Notes under the pieces: model-generated | What the model was told of the DNA's origin: nothing | The model's input: only the letters and a program-made list of their open reading frames with translations | The model's database searches: none | Part shown: positions 28,197-38,853 of the stretch, in pieces | How the letters are laid out: every line of letters starts with the position of its first letter | Numbering within the stretch: position 1 is the stretch's first letter | Origin: a bacterium | GTDB lineage: Bacteria > Verrucomicrobiota > Verrucomicrobiia > Chthoniobacterales > JAFAMB01 | DNA: 61,109 nt | Assembly (NCBI GenBank): GCA_046727495.1 | Contig: JBKPCS010000029.1 | Span: 1 to 61,109 of the forward strand | Direction: 5' to 3' | Made by a program: the position numbers and the translations under genes

Positions 28197-28993
28197 TTAC
28201 AGAGCCCGCGAAATGATCCGCTCTCGATAGGTCCGGAATAGATCGTCATCGATCTCCAATTCCTGCGTGGCGACGGCTTGTTGGGACCTGATCAAAGCTA
28301 ACTCGCCAGGCAAACGAATGTCCCGAGCAGGATCTGTCCGCCTCAGCCCTTTGATATATGCCACCGTCCGATCCACATTCTGGAGAAACGATTCCCGGCC
28401 CAGCAGCAAGTCGGGATCAATTGCCAGAGCGAGGCTTCCCCAATTTTGGTTATCCGGATCGCCGGGTAAGCATCCTCCCGTAAGCGCGTTAGCAAAGAGC
28501 TCGACCATCAAAGCGAGGCCAGAGCTTTTGGGGCCACGGTCGAAAGTCATCAGGGCCCCGGACCCAAGAATTTTCTTCGGAGAATGGGTTGGAGCACCTT
28601 CAGCGTCATAGCCGGTGTTTGGTGCCAGCATCTCGCCTTTAATCATGGCTTCCGCCACCTTGAATACCGGCATCACGGACGTAGCCATATCCAGAACGAT
28701 AGGCTCGCCGCGCGTGGGCATGCCGATCGCGATCGGGTTGCTCCCGAAGGCGCGTTCACTGCTCCGCCGTCGATTAGACCGGAAAGCGGCGTCTCTTTCT
28801 CCACCACAATTTCGCGTTGCGCATTAAACCGCGGTGTACCCACCGCCACCTCTTGGATGAGACTCTGGAAATTTCCTCGGCGATGAGCGTACGAAAGGAC
28901 CTCTAGAATAGTGTCGGTTTGTGCCTCCGGATATCCCAACTTCAGGTAGGCCTGGCGCGTCAAATCCTGGAGATCTTTCAGGCCAACCTTCAT
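28197..28993 (-). pseudogene. Ldh_2-family (malate/L-lactate/ureidoglycolate-type) dehydrogenase with an internal deletion and frameshift
   Basis: The N-terminal piece 'MKVGLKDLQDLTRQAYLKLGYPEAQTDTILEVLSYA...LSGLIDGG' and the C-terminal piece '(ERAFGSNPIAIG)MPTRGEPIVLDMATSV...GGCLPGDP...' are in different frames. Together they give ~250 aa where the family has ~340-360, so the central H-x-G region is missing. Confidence 0.65.
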
Positions 28994-29457
28994 CGCGCCG
29001 CATCGAGATGCTGCAACATCGCATCCAGGGCAAGCTGATAACCATACATGCCAAAGCCCGTAATCACGCCCACTGAAACTTCAGACAGTACGCAGTGGAT
29101 ATTTCTCTTCGCCACGTTGGAAATGTGGATTTCTATATAAGGGAGCCCGGCGCCTTTGATGCAATCTTTCAACGCGTATCCGGCATAGGAGAACCCTGCT
29201 GGATTCATGACTAACCCATCAAATCCCTGGTCCGCGCAGCGGTAAATGCGGTCGATCGCGTCGCCTTCAACATTTGTATAGAAAATCTCGAGTTCGAAAT
29301 CCCTTCTTTTGGCATAATCCAAAAGCGTCGTGTTGAGCTCATCCGGAGTGGTACGTCCGTAAATCTCTGGCTCTCTTTTGCCCAGATAGTTGAGGTTCGC
29401 TCCCTGGATAAGAATGATCTTTTTTATTTTCCTCGACCTCCTTTGAGTTTTGACCAT
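28990..29457 (-). CDS. aroQ: Type II 3-dehydroquinate dehydratase-like protein (divergent)
   Basis: 'ILIQGANLNYLGKREPEIYG', 'FYTNVEGDAIDRI' and 'GLVMNPAGFSYAG...LPYIEIHISNV' match the AroQ layout. The region after HISN differs from the canonical sequence. The start was set at the ATG at 29457. Confidence 0.7.
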   Translation of the reverse strand: MVKTQRRSRKIKKIILIQGANLNYLGKREPEIYGRTTPDELNTTLLDYAKRRDFELEIFYTNVEGDAIDRIYRCADQGFDGLVMNPAGFSYAGYALKDCIKGAGLPYIEIHISNVAKRNIHCVLSEVSVGVITGFGMYGYQLALDAMLQHLDAAR

Positions 29458-29586
29458 GAGGACAACTATTGATCGGGCATTGTGAGCAATACTCTCCGCG
29501 ACGGTCAAGGATCGATCAGGGTCCCTAAAGGCAAAGGTCTGCTCGCCTCTACCCTACGTTCGGCGTTTCGCGGGGTGCGCTTCCGC

Positions 29587-29769
29587 TCACGCCACGCAGT
29601 TGCGTGGGCTTAGTCCACCGGGAACGGATTCCGCTCGAAAAGCTTCTGGATGCCAGTAAGGGTAAATCATCGGAACCTCACTGGCGGCGTCGAGCTTTCG
29701 GACCTGATCGACGCTCAAGTTCCAGCCTACGGCTCCGAGGATGCCTCCTGCACCCCGATCGAGCCCCAC
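29587..29769 (-). pseudogene. C-terminal fragment of an aldo/keto reductase
   Basis: 'LGAVGWNLSVDQVRKLDAASEVPMIYPYWH' matches the conserved AKR C-terminus (Kv-beta/YghZ type). The preceding ~280 aa are absent, and the upstream frame is closed by a stop. Confidence 0.5.
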
Positions 29770-29948
29770 GCTTTGAAAAGTTCATTCGTTCCGCCAAACC
29801 TCCCTGTACCCAAAGTCAAAACCGGTACGCTCAGGCCCGACCCGCCAAGTAACCTGTAATCCATAGATAGTTCGATATTTTTCGAACCTTAGTGGCGGTT
29901 CCCTAGCCGTCAACCGAAGGCCTTGGCTATGATCTTTAACCGCCTACT

Positions 29949-30965
29949 TTAGCTAGTCTCGACGGCCACCAGCGAGCACTGTTGATTAATCCGGCATTTC
30001 CCTGGCCAGGGCACATTCAAAGTATACCAACTCGCGCCTCCATCCACTGAGCGAAACACATCTCGATCCCAAGCTGCAAAGAAGGTTCCCGCCTCACTCG
30101 GATGTGCGCTCAACACGGCGATATGGCGTCCAGACGGTTCCGGCAGGCCGTCGTAGAGTTGCTGCCAGGGCGCCTCCTTCACGCGCCGGTAGAGATACGA
30201 TTCAGCCGGATCAGAATGGGCATGTCGGGGGGAGGCGGCTGCTGAAACAATGATCGTATCCGCATCGGCCGAATCGACAGCGATGCTCACGAGATACCTG
30301 TGCCGAAGACCTTCCTCAAACCGTTGCCATGTATCACCGCCGTCCCAGCTCTCAAAATATCCGTCGCCGGCGGCAGAGTATAATCGGCCGGGAACGGAAA
30401 GATGAGTCGACAATTGATGCGTATCTCGCGGGCTATCAGGCGTCCGATCATACCAGGTGTCCGCGCCGTCGGAACTGCGAATCAGTGCTCCGGCTTCGAT
30501 GGCCGCAAACAGTCGTCCCGGGACGTGCGGGTCCGACTCGATCCATCGAACGTGATGCGTCTCGGGACGCGGTGGAAAGCTCCATTGCTTGGCTGAGGGA
30601 AGCCTCATTAAGTCGCCGCACTCTCGCCAGTTTTCTCCGGCATCCTCAGAGCGAAAAATGACGCTTGGTTCTGTGCCGGCATAGATCACCCCGCGACCAT
30701 TCTTTCGCTCAGAGCGACTTACGGTGACGGATTGAATTCTCGAGTGCCGAATGCCTTGACCTGCCGGTTGCCAGTCTCCTCCGCCATTGTCGCTGCGCCA
30801 GAGACCTGAACCCAACGTCCCACAATACACATGCTCCGGGCGCAAAGGATCGACTGCTAGGCATCCAATATCTTTCCCCGTCAAATGTAAGTCGCAGCCA
30901 ACATCGTCGGTTCCTATGGTCAGAGCCACCAATGCATTGTCGATAGCAAGAAAGAGCATCGTCAT
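29949..30965 (-). CDS. BNR/Asp-box repeat beta-propeller protein (sialidase/Ycf48-like fold)
   Basis: Repeated SxDxGxxW boxes: 'RSDNGGGDW', 'RSEDAGENW', 'SSDGADTW', 'SWDGGDTW' and 'RSVDGGASW'. No obvious signal peptide. Confidence 0.7.
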   Translation of the reverse strand: MTMLFLAIDNALVALTIGTDDVGCDLHLTGKDIGCLAVDPLRPEHVYCGTLGSGLWRSDNGGGDWQPAGQGIRHSRIQSVTVSRSERKNGRGVIYAGTEPSVIFRSEDAGENWRECGDLMRLPSAKQWSFPPRPETHHVRWIESDPHVPGRLFAAIEAGALIRSSDGADTWYDRTPDSPRDTHQLSTHLSVPGRLYSAAGDGYFESWDGGDTWQRFEEGLRHRYLVSIAVDSADADTIIVSAAASPRHAHSDPAESYLYRRVKEAPWQQLYDGLPEPSGRHIAVLSAHPSEAGTFFAAWDRDVFRSVDGGASWYTLNVPWPGKCRINQQCSLVAVETS

Positions 30966-31074
30966 TTCATCAGTTTCCTTGAACGCTACGATTTTCCGAT
31001 ACCGATAGTTCGCCTTGAGCATCAATTTGGTCGGGTCGAATTGAAAACGACAGGGTATCCTAACCCACTCTTTG

Positions 31075-32187
31075 CTATTTGATATTTGCTATTGGCTCGG
31101 CGCTTAAACGCCCACTGCTCGGTAACAGCCTAACGCGCGTGCCAAACCGGCGGCTTTCTCGGTCAAGGGTGTGCTCCAGCCAGATGAGATCTTCCTTCGG
31201 TGGTCGGATCAACTGAAAGCGGCGGATTCGGAACGGCACCAGCTCAAGGTTAGCCGGCCGGCCGCTGGCGGCATCAAAAGTAATAGCGTACAAAACAGCG
31301 AGGTCGTCCCGATATTCCTCGTAACCGGTGATCCCCTCATAATCGTTCAGAAAATCCCCGCAACCGTAGAGGATCAATCCGGCTCTGTGCCACTCGATCG
31401 CCTTGGCGTGGTGGGAGGAATGCCCAAACACGACGGATACACCAGCTTCATCGATCAACCGGTGAGCAAAACGGATTTGCTCTTGCGGGATGAAATAACC
31501 CCAGTTCGGCCCCCAATGGATCGAGAAGATGACGATATCACCCGAGCGTTTAACACTGGCGATTTGGCCGGCAATTTCCGCCACACCCGCATTCGACAGA
31601 TCATGAAGAATATTCACTCCGGGAGCGTTTTCTCCCGCAGCCCAGCGCCTCGGCGTGCCACTGGTTACCGATGCGGCTGCATAGACGATTACTCGCCGGT
31701 TTTGGCCAACATCGATTGTCACCGGCGCTCGCACTTCGAAAATGTTCCTGCCAGCTCCAACCGTTTTGATCCCCAGTCTTTCAAGAGTAGCCAGTGTATC
31801 GATTAAGCCCGCTGCATCCCAATCCAGGATATGATTGTTAGCTAAGACACAACAATCGATACCGGCTGCGGTAAGGCATTCCGCATTTTCCGGACTCAAT
31901 CGATAATTGATCCCTTTTCGCACAAAATTTTCGCCACGGGTAATCGCAGTTTCGAGATTTACAACATAGAGAGAAGGGCTGTTTAACCGAAGCACGTCGA
32001 GAGCTGCACCCCAGACATAGTCGAAATTTACCGGATACGGAATCGGACCATTTACCCGCTCGGCCAGTCGAACATACTCCTTAGCCGACTTAACTATCGC
32101 CTCGTGGATTCGGGGGTCGCCGGGATACGGCAACACTTGATCAATCCCACGCCCAGTCATCACGTCGCCTGACAAAAACACCTTCAC
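31075..32187 (-). CDS. CapA-family (PGA_cap) metallophosphatase-like protein
   Basis: 'VFLSGDVMTGRGIDQVLPYPGDP', 'NLETAIT', 'LANNHILD' and 'IFSIHWGPNWGY' are the conserved CapA blocks. GTG start. Confidence 0.8.
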   Translation of the reverse strand: MKVFLSGDVMTGRGIDQVLPYPGDPRIHEAIVKSAKEYVRLAERVNGPIPYPVNFDYVWGAALDVLRLNSPSLYVVNLETAITRGENFVRKGINYRLSPENAECLTAAGIDCCVLANNHILDWDAAGLIDTLATLERLGIKTVGAGRNIFEVRAPVTIDVGQNRRVIVYAAASVTSGTPRRWAAGENAPGVNILHDLSNAGVAEIAGQIASVKRSGDIVIFSIHWGPNWGYFIPQEQIRFAHRLIDEAGVSVVFGHSSHHAKAIEWHRAGLILYGCGDFLNDYEGITGYEEYRDDLAVLYAITFDAASGRPANLELVPFRIRRFQLIRPPKEDLIWLEHTLDRESRRFGTRVRLLPSSGRLSAEPIANIK

Positions 32188-32494
32188 GACAGCAAATCTC
32201 CATCATGTACCCATCGGCATCGGAAAAATAGACGTGCCTTTGGATGTACCTAATTGCTGGATTGCCACCATTCTTAATTTCTCATCGGTCCCCAAAGCAG
32301 TGCGTTCAACTACTAATGCGATCTTGAATATCGTGGGAAATGTGAATGGGAGGAACTACCACCAGGTGGTTAATCTCCTCAGTTATCCGTAGGTCGGCGC
32401 CTGCAGCTCGCCACCCAAGGAAAATCTCTGGGTGGCGGATGGGTCGAATGGGACATATAGAACGGACGCGAGTTGGACTCTTCTCGCTCCTGCA

Positions 32495-33268
32495 TCATGA
32501 GTGTGCCTCCACGAACTTGCTCAGTGCTGCCCGTGTTGCGGCGGTAGGCACTACTCTGGCGAACGCTTCCGCCTCGATGGCTAACCCTTCATCGATCGTG
32601 GTATTTAAGCCCCGATGAACCGCGTGCAGACAAACGGCTACTGTCTCGGGTGCAAACCGGGCAACTTTTGAGCCGAGGCCGACGGCTTCATCAAGAAGAG
32701 TCTCTTTGTCGACGATAGCGTTGATCAAGCCCGCCTCTTTCGCCTCGATCGCATTAATCGGCTCAGCGGTCAGAATCATTCTTAGTGCCCGTTTCCGGCC
32801 AACTAATCTCGGTAACCGCTGAGTTCCTCCAAAACAGGGAGGAATACCGATGGCGATTTCAGCCTTGGAAAATGTAGCTTCTGGTACGGCGATCGAGAGA
32901 TGCGTCGCCTCCACGATTTCACATCCGCCACCAGAGGCGAGGCCGTTGACCGCCGCGATTATCGGTTTCGAGAAATTTTCGATTCGTTTGGTCATGTTCT
33001 GTCCTCGTCGCACGAATCGGCGGTGAGCGATTTGAGCGCCTTGCATCGCATCTTGGGAGAACTCATGGATATCCGCTCCCGCGCTGAAAGCGCGGCCGGA
33101 ACCGGTCAAAACCACCGCGCGAATCTGGTCTTCCTCTTCGATTTGATCCAATGCCTGAACGATCGAGTCGACCAATTCATAGTTGAGAGCGTTGAGCTTG
33201 GCCGGACGTTCAAAGGTGAGAATGGCTACCGATTCACGGTCGCGGCGTGAAAGGACGCTAGTATTCAT
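32495..33268 (-). CDS. Enoyl-CoA hydratase/isomerase family protein
   Basis: 'VAILTFERPAKLNAL...VVLTGSGRAFSAGADIHEF...NGLASGGGCEIVEATH'. The start could be ATG 33268 or GTG 33295. Confidence 0.8.
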   Translation of the reverse strand: MNTSVLSRRDRESVAILTFERPAKLNALNYELVDSIVQALDQIEEEDQIRAVVLTGSGRAFSAGADIHEFSQDAMQGAQIAHRRFVRRGQNMTKRIENFSKPIIAAVNGLASGGGCEIVEATHLSIAVPEATFSKAEIAIGIPPCFGGTQRLPRLVGRKRALRMILTAEPINAIEAKEAGLINAIVDKETLLDEAVGLGSKVARFAPETVAVCLHAVHRGLNTTIDEGLAIEAEAFARVVPTAATRAALSKFVEAHS

Positions 33269-33272
33269 ACGA

Positions 33273-33938
33273 TTAGAATTGGAGATCTCTACCACTAACG
33301 GCGATCAAAAGGCTTTCAACTGTGAGAGCGATCTTACCTGTCGCCTCTTGATGCCGTTCCTGTACAGGCACCTGTTCGATTACTACATCAGGGACGGTGG
33401 GCTTATGGTTTTCGAAACCGAGCACGCGACACCCAAAGGCGTTGCCTAGGCGAGCGACCTGCAGCCCAATGTGACCACAACCGATAATCCCGAGGGTCTT
33501 GCCGAACAGTTCATTGCCAACCAGATCACGATTACTCCCGCCAGTGCGGATGACCACGTCCGCCGAGACGATCCGGCGAAAAAGGGAAATCATCAGACCA
33601 ACGGCCAACTCGCTTACTGCGTGGACGGCATAGCCTTCCGCGTTATGAAGAATGATCCTGCGAACCTTATACGCGTCTTGATCCACGTGATCGATACCGG
33701 TAAATGCTACACAGATCAGCTTTAGATTCGGGCAGGCTTCAATTACTTCTCGAGATAGCGGCCGGTTGCTCAGCAATAGGATGTCGGCGTCTCTAACGTT
33801 CTCGATCAGCTTGGCATCGGTCATGCCTCGTGTGTCGGAGATGAATAGATGATGACCACCCTTTTCAAGCAGATCTTTGAGTCGGGCGCGGATCGCTGTT
33901 TCCGATAGGCCAATGGGTTCAATAATTCGAATATTCAT
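33273..33938 (-). pseudogene. D-isomer-specific 2-hydroxyacid dehydrogenase truncated after the NAD-binding glycine loop
   Basis: The substrate-binding lobe and 'GKTLGIIGCGHIGLQVARLGNAFGCRVLGF' are present. The following ~120 aa with the catalytic Arg/Glu/His are missing, and the reading frame runs into unrelated sequence and stops next to the crotonase start. Confidence 0.55.
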
Positions 33939-34100
33939 GAGGAGCCTTCACCGCTTTCGCACTTCATAAACGGAAGATTCTTTGACCAAGAATCGGGAAC
34001 TAGGCATTTTCCTTACGGACGCCGGAATCCTTTCATCCGGTCAACAAACGATCGAGGCTGATTTTTCCGGAGGAACAATTTTACTGGCACCAGGAAAACA

Positions 34101-35045
34101 ATGGCACTGATCTCAGAGCCGCAGAATCAAATGACCAGGAAAGAAAGGCGTGACCAGGATACCCTTGTCTACGCACCAGATAGCGCTTCTGAGGAGGAAT
34201 CCAAGGGCGGTCCCTGGGTTGATTTGAGGGTCAGGATTCCAAAGCGTACGCGTAAGCCGGCGAATCACCTCTTTCCGGAAAGTACAGAACCGGAAATCGT
34301 CTGGCTACTTTCCGGTGAGTCTGTCGTTGAGGAACGAGTGCTAGGCGGGCATTGGCTGAGGACAGCGGCAAAAAAGGGCGATTTTTATCTGACAGCGCCT
34401 GGGCCGGCGTACGAAGTGAAGTCTACCCCTGTTGGACCGAGCCCGCTGAGCGTGTTCTGCGTGACAGTCGGGCTCCGGCTCATGAACGAAGCGATGACTG
34501 AAGTGTTCGGTGAGGATGCGGACATGGTCCATTTGCGGGATGTTTCCGGATTTCAGGACCCGTTCATGCATGCCCTGATGGAGAAACTGCATGCAGAGTT
34601 CGTGATGGGCGGGCGGGCAAGCCGTTTGTTCGTGCGAGGCATCGCGCAGAGCCTGGCCATTCATCTGGCAAGAAACTACTCCGTAATTTCAGAGACGGCC
34701 CGCGCCTCCCGCCGAGGCTGGGGATTACCTGGATTCAAGCTGCGGAAAATCACCGATTTCATGACTGGCCATATCCAGGATGGGTTCAGCCTGACCAGAC
34801 TAGCCGCCGAAGCGGCCATGAGTGAGTTTCATTTCAGTCGCATGTTCAAACGCACCACGGGAAAATCGCCTTCCCAATATTTCATCGGCCTGAGAATGGA
34901 AAAAGCGCAGACCCTATTGCGTGAGACGCGTAAGGAGATCATCGAGGTCGCGTTGGACGTGGGCTACACCAGCCCAAGTCATTTTGCGCAGGTGTTCCGT
35001 CGGGAAACCGGTTGCTCGCCGGTTGAATACCGTAGACAGCTTTGA
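34101..35045 (+). CDS. AraC-family transcriptional regulator
   Basis: C-terminal double HTH 'LTRLAAEAAMSEFHFSRMFKRTTGKSPSQYFIGLRMEKAQTLL...IIEVALDVGYTSPSHFAQVFRRETGCSPVEYR', with a cupin-like N-terminal half. Confidence 0.8.
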   Translation: MALISEPQNQMTRKERRDQDTLVYAPDSASEEESKGGPWVDLRVRIPKRTRKPANHLFPESTEPEIVWLLSGESVVEERVLGGHWLRTAAKKGDFYLTAPGPAYEVKSTPVGPSPLSVFCVTVGLRLMNEAMTEVFGEDADMVHLRDVSGFQDPFMHALMEKLHAEFVMGGRASRLFVRGIAQSLAIHLARNYSVISETARASRRGWGLPGFKLRKITDFMTGHIQDGFSLTRLAAEAAMSEFHFSRMFKRTTGKSPSQYFIGLRMEKAQTLLRETRKEIIEVALDVGYTSPSHFAQVFRRETGCSPVEYRRQL

Positions 35046-35293
35046 GCAGTCGCCGCTGTTTTTAGCAAAACCGCGACGGGGCCAACAAAACCGCGAGAGC
35101 AGCGGACGCGCTCCGCTGCGAGCGTTCCTCTATGAAATATAAGACTTTGGGTCATACCGATGGGAGCCAGTCGATCGTTGGAGTCGATTTGATCACGAGT
35201 GACAAAAGCTGACGACGTTTCTGACAAAAAGCGTCGTGGGGATTAAAATCATCAAAAACCTGTCTCAGAAGACGCGAAGCGACGACAAATCAT

Positions 35294-35473
35294 AGCCAGA
35301 GGTGATCCCGCCTCGGCGGGAGAACCCCTGGTAGTCGCGCCCCAAACACGGTGGCCCTAAAAGGGCCAAAGAGAGGCGCGGGCCCGAAGCGGACGATCCA
35401 ACCTTCTGCCATCCTTTCAGGATAGATCTCGATACTGGCGAAGACCAGGGGTTCGCTATGCTCACCCCTGGCT
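35294..35473. repeat. MITE/REP-like structured element with inverted termini AGCCAGRGGTGA...GAACCCCTGG / CCAGGGGTTC...CTCACCCCTGGCT
   Basis: The termini are reverse complements of each other. Internal hairpins are cccgcctcggcggg and ggccctaaaagggcc. A second copy lies at 49260-49423. Confidence 0.7.
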
Positions 35474-35500
35474 AGAATATGTTGTCCCGTAGGGACAAAA

Positions 35501-36265
35501 TCAGTGCTCTGCGAACGCCCCGAAATAAGTTCGGGTCTCGTAGACCATCGTGACCAGGTTATCAATTTGGCAATCGTCGAAAATGCGCTCGACTGCTGAA
35601 ACGATTTCGATATTGCCGGGTTGCCCCTTGTTCGGGACGTAGGAAGTTGAAAGCAGGCGCCCGATTAAACCTGCTCGATCCATTTTCTGGTCGTTGCGGA
35701 AAGTGACGAGCTCGAGCTGGTTCGGTGCGAAGAATTCGTGAATGTCTTCCTGTCGCACCATTCGATGATGGGCCACAGTCGGATATCCCGGAACCATTTC
35801 TTTGAGCGCCGATTCGTATCGCAGGTTTACTTCCGAGGCGTCATCCAAACGTTCGTTCCAGATCAATGCAACCTTGTCTTTAGCTTTCAGGATGCGGCGG
35901 AACTCTTTCTTGGCTGGCGCCCGGTCAAACCAATGAAATGCTTGGGCCGCGGTAATGAGATCGATCGAGTAATCGGACAAGCCCGTCGATTCTGCAGTCC
36001 CATTCACTGTGTGAAACCCGGCATGATCCCGCAATCGCTGTTCAGCAGCGGCTCGCATCGGGGTGTTCGGCTCCACTGCATAAACTTCGTATCCAGACTC
36101 TAGAAGGAGTTCTGTTAGTATTCCCGTTCCGGAGCCGACGTCCGCAACGGCGGCAGGCGACGGCACCTGTTGTTTGAGGAAGCTCAGCAGCTCCTCCGGG
36201 TAACTGGGCCGATGCTTTGCATAGGCATCAACCCGATCACTAAAACGTTCGGTAGGTAGCACCAT
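35501..36265 (-). CDS. Class I SAM-dependent methyltransferase
   Basis: From the ATG at 36265: 'FSDRVDAYAKHRPSYPEELLSFL...VADVGSGTGILTELLLESGYEVYAVEPN' (motif I), then 'ITAAQAFHWF'. Confidence 0.8.
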   Translation of the reverse strand: MVLPTERFSDRVDAYAKHRPSYPEELLSFLKQQVPSPAAVADVGSGTGILTELLLESGYEVYAVEPNTPMRAAAEQRLRDHAGFHTVNGTAESTGLSDYSIDLITAAQAFHWFDRAPAKKEFRRILKAKDKVALIWNERLDDASEVNLRYESALKEMVPGYPTVAHHRMVRQEDIHEFFAPNQLELVTFRNDQKMDRAGLIGRLLSTSYVPNKGQPGNIEIVSAVERIFDDCQIDNLVTMVYETRTYFGAFAEH

Positions 36266-36398
36266 GAGACAATGAATAAAACGCAGACCTGTCCACCATA
36301 GCAACCGTGAAGGTGGACACGCCGACACGCCCATACGCCCATACAATCTATTCCCCGTCCTTGAGTTCTTGACCAGATGAGTACAGAGTCTGCCCTCG

Positions 36399-37688
36399 AT
36401 GGACCAGATTGGGATAGGATTGGCTGGGCTCGGCACCGTAGGAGCAGGCGTTTTTAAGCATCTCCAACAAAACCGGGTCTTGATTGCTGAACGGCTCGGG
36501 CTCGAGCTCGCTGTCCGCAGAATCGCGGTGAGAGACGTTGGAAAGAGACGGGAAGTGCAACCTTCGGCCAAGCTTTTAACCAATCGCTGGGAAGATCTGG
36601 TTGACGATCCGGATGTGCACATCGTGGTGGAGCTGATGGGCGGGATTGAGCCAGCTTACACTTGTGTCATGCGGGCCCTGGACCAGCGTAAAGTAGTTGT
36701 CACTGGGAACAAAGCGCTCCTGGCCGAGCACGGAGCTGAGATTTTTGAAAAAGGCGCGGAGAAGAATGTCCCGATCTTTTTTGAAGCTGCGGTAGCCGGC
36801 GGGATTCCGATTATCAAGTCGATCCGGGAAGCATTTATCGGGAATCATATTCGATCGATCCACGCCATCCTGAACGGAACCAGCAACTATATTCTGTCGC
36901 GGATGACCGAGCAGGCGATGGATTTCCCGTTAGCGCTCAAAGAAGCGCAGGAGGCCGGTTACGCTGAGGCCGATCCAACGCTCGATGTGAACGGCTGGGA
37001 TGCGGCGCATAAAGCGATCATTCTTGCGTCGCTTGCATATGGTTTCTGGGTCAACACCAACCAGATTTATGTGGAAGGAATTGAGAACATCGGTGCGCTC
37101 GATATTCAGTTCGCACAAAAACTGGGTTACCGGATCAAACTGGTTGCGACGATTCGCGCGAATGAAGAGAGCCTGGTTGAGGTACGGGTCCATCCTACTT
37201 TTGTCCCGAAGGACCATGTCCTGGCTTCAGTCAACGGCGTGTTTAACGCGTTGATGGTGCACGGTGACATCGTCGGTGACACGCTTTTCTATGGTCGCGG
37301 CGCCGGCCAGGATCCGACCACCAGCTCGGTGATCAGCGATCTGGCACAAGCAGCGATCTGGTTTGACTCCGGCGGCAAAGCATTCGGCTTTACGCCTCAC
37401 GGCCTGTACGGAAAATGTCTGCCGATCGAGCGGGTCGTTTCCGGATTTTACCTGCGACTGAGTGTCATCGACAAACCAGGCGTGCTCGCGCAAGTAGCCA
37501 GTATCCTCGGTTCGCATCAGATCGGCATTTCTTCAGTAGTCCAACCGGAAGGTCATGAAGGGGACGCTGTACCGTTGGTTTTGATGATCCATGAGGCGGC
37601 GTTTGGCCGGATGCAGACCGCCCTTGAGCTGATTCGGCAACTCGACTGCGTCAAAGCGACTCCGGTTCTAATTCGCGTGTTATCATGA
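36399..37688 (+). CDS. hom: Homoserine dehydrogenase
   Basis: '[19 protein letters not shown]', '[13 protein letters not shown]', '[16 protein letters not shown]' and a C-terminal ACT domain. Confidence 0.9.
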   Translation: MDQIGIGLAGLGTVGAGVFKHLQQNRVLIAERLGLELAVRRIAVRDVGKRREVQPSAKLLTNRWEDLVDDPDVHIVVELMGGIEPAYTCVMRALDQRKVVVTGNKALLAEHGAEIFEKGAEKNVPIFFEAAVAGGIPIIKSIREAFIGNHIRSIHAILNGTSNYILSRMTEQAMDFPLALKEAQEAGYAEADPTLDVNGWDAAHKAIILASLAYGFWVNTNQIYVEGIENIGALDIQFAQKLGYRIKLVATIRANEESLVEVRVHPTFVPKDHVLASVNGVFNALMVHGDIVGDTLFYGRGAGQDPTTSSVISDLAQAAIWFDSGGKAFGFTPHGLYGKCLPIERVVSGFYLRLSVIDKPGVLAQVASILGSHQIGISSVVQPEGHEGDAVPLVLMIHEAAFGRMQTALELIRQLDCVKATPVLIRVLS

Positions 37689-38773
37689 GCGTGCAAGGAA
37701 GCGCGATAACTGGCGTAATCGAGCGCTACCGGAGATATTTACCGGTCACAGATCGGACTCCGATCGTTTCTCTGAACGAAGGGTCCACCCCGCTGATTTA
37801 CTCGCCGCGACTCAGCGCGTTAACCGGAGAAAATCGTCGAGTGTTCTTGAAACACGAAGGACTAAATCCCACTGGTTCCTTTAAAGATCGCGGCATGACC
37901 GTTGCCGTCAGCAAAGCCGTTGAGGCAGGCGCACGCCTGTTGATTTGCGCGTCAACCGGGAATACATCGGCTTCGGCCGCGGCTTACGCAGCTCGCGCCG
38001 GCCTTCAGTGTGCGGTGCTGTTGCCGGCAGGCAAAATCGCACTGGGAAAACTGGCACAAGCGTTTGTCCACGGGTCAAAGGTCATTGCTTTAGAAGGAAA
38101 TTTCGATCAATGCCTGGGAGTTGTACGCGATCTATCCGCTGAGCCTGGGATCGCCGTGGTGAATTCCATCAATCCAGACCGATTGGCAGGACAAAAGACT
38201 GCTGCTTTCGAGATTGTCGATGTTTTAGGAGACGCGCCGCATCTTCATTTCTTGCCGGTCGGTAACGCCGGTAACACAGCGGCCTATTGGAAAGGTTATT
38301 GTGAGTACCATGTTGCGGGATTGACCGATCGGCTGCCAAGAATGTTCGGATTTCAAGCGGCTGGCGCCGCGCCGATCTATTATAAAAAGGTCATTGATCA
38401 GCCGGAGACCGCGGCATCCGCGATCCGAATCGGGAACCCGGCAAGTTGGGGATTAGCAAAAACCGCATTCGCGGAATCGAACGGCGCAATTGATATCGTT
38501 ACCGACGAACAGATTTTTGCTGCTCAGCGCTGGCTGGCATCGGAGGAAGGTCTCTTTGTAGAACCGGCAAGCGCCGCCGCCATTGCCGGGCTGTTGAAAT
38601 ATTGCGAATCGCGCAAGAACCCGCCTTTGGGCGATCTTCCCGAGAACGCAGTGATTGTGTGCACGTTAACCGGACACGGATTGAAAGATGTTGCGGCAGT
38701 GTTGGAGCGTGGAGTCGAGCCGATTAAAGTCGCACCGGAGAAGAATGCAGTATTAGGGATTTTGGAAGGATGA
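37685..38773 (+). CDS. thrC: Threonine synthase
   Basis: '[24 protein letters not shown]' is the PLP-lysine motif. The gene has 4-nt overlaps with hom and with the downstream ORF. Confidence 0.9.
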   Translation: MSVQGSAITGVIERYRRYLPVTDRTPIVSLNEGSTPLIYSPRLSALTGENRRVFLKHEGLNPTGSFKDRGMTVAVSKAVEAGARLLICASTGNTSASAAAYAARAGLQCAVLLPAGKIALGKLAQAFVHGSKVIALEGNFDQCLGVVRDLSAEPGIAVVNSINPDRLAGQKTAAFEIVDVLGDAPHLHFLPVGNAGNTAAYWKGYCEYHVAGLTDRLPRMFGFQAAGAAPIYYKKVIDQPETAASAIRIGNPASWGLAKTAFAESNGAIDIVTDEQIFAAQRWLASEEGLFVEPASAAAIAGLLKYCESRKNPPLGDLPENAVIVCTLTGHGLKDVAAVLERGVEPIKVAPEKNAVLGILEG

Positions 38774-38853
38774 AAAGGTCGTGTCCGCGTGTCGGCGCAC
38801 GTTTGGCGCTGATCCGATGCCGTCGATCCCGCTCGATCCCATTCGATTATCAC

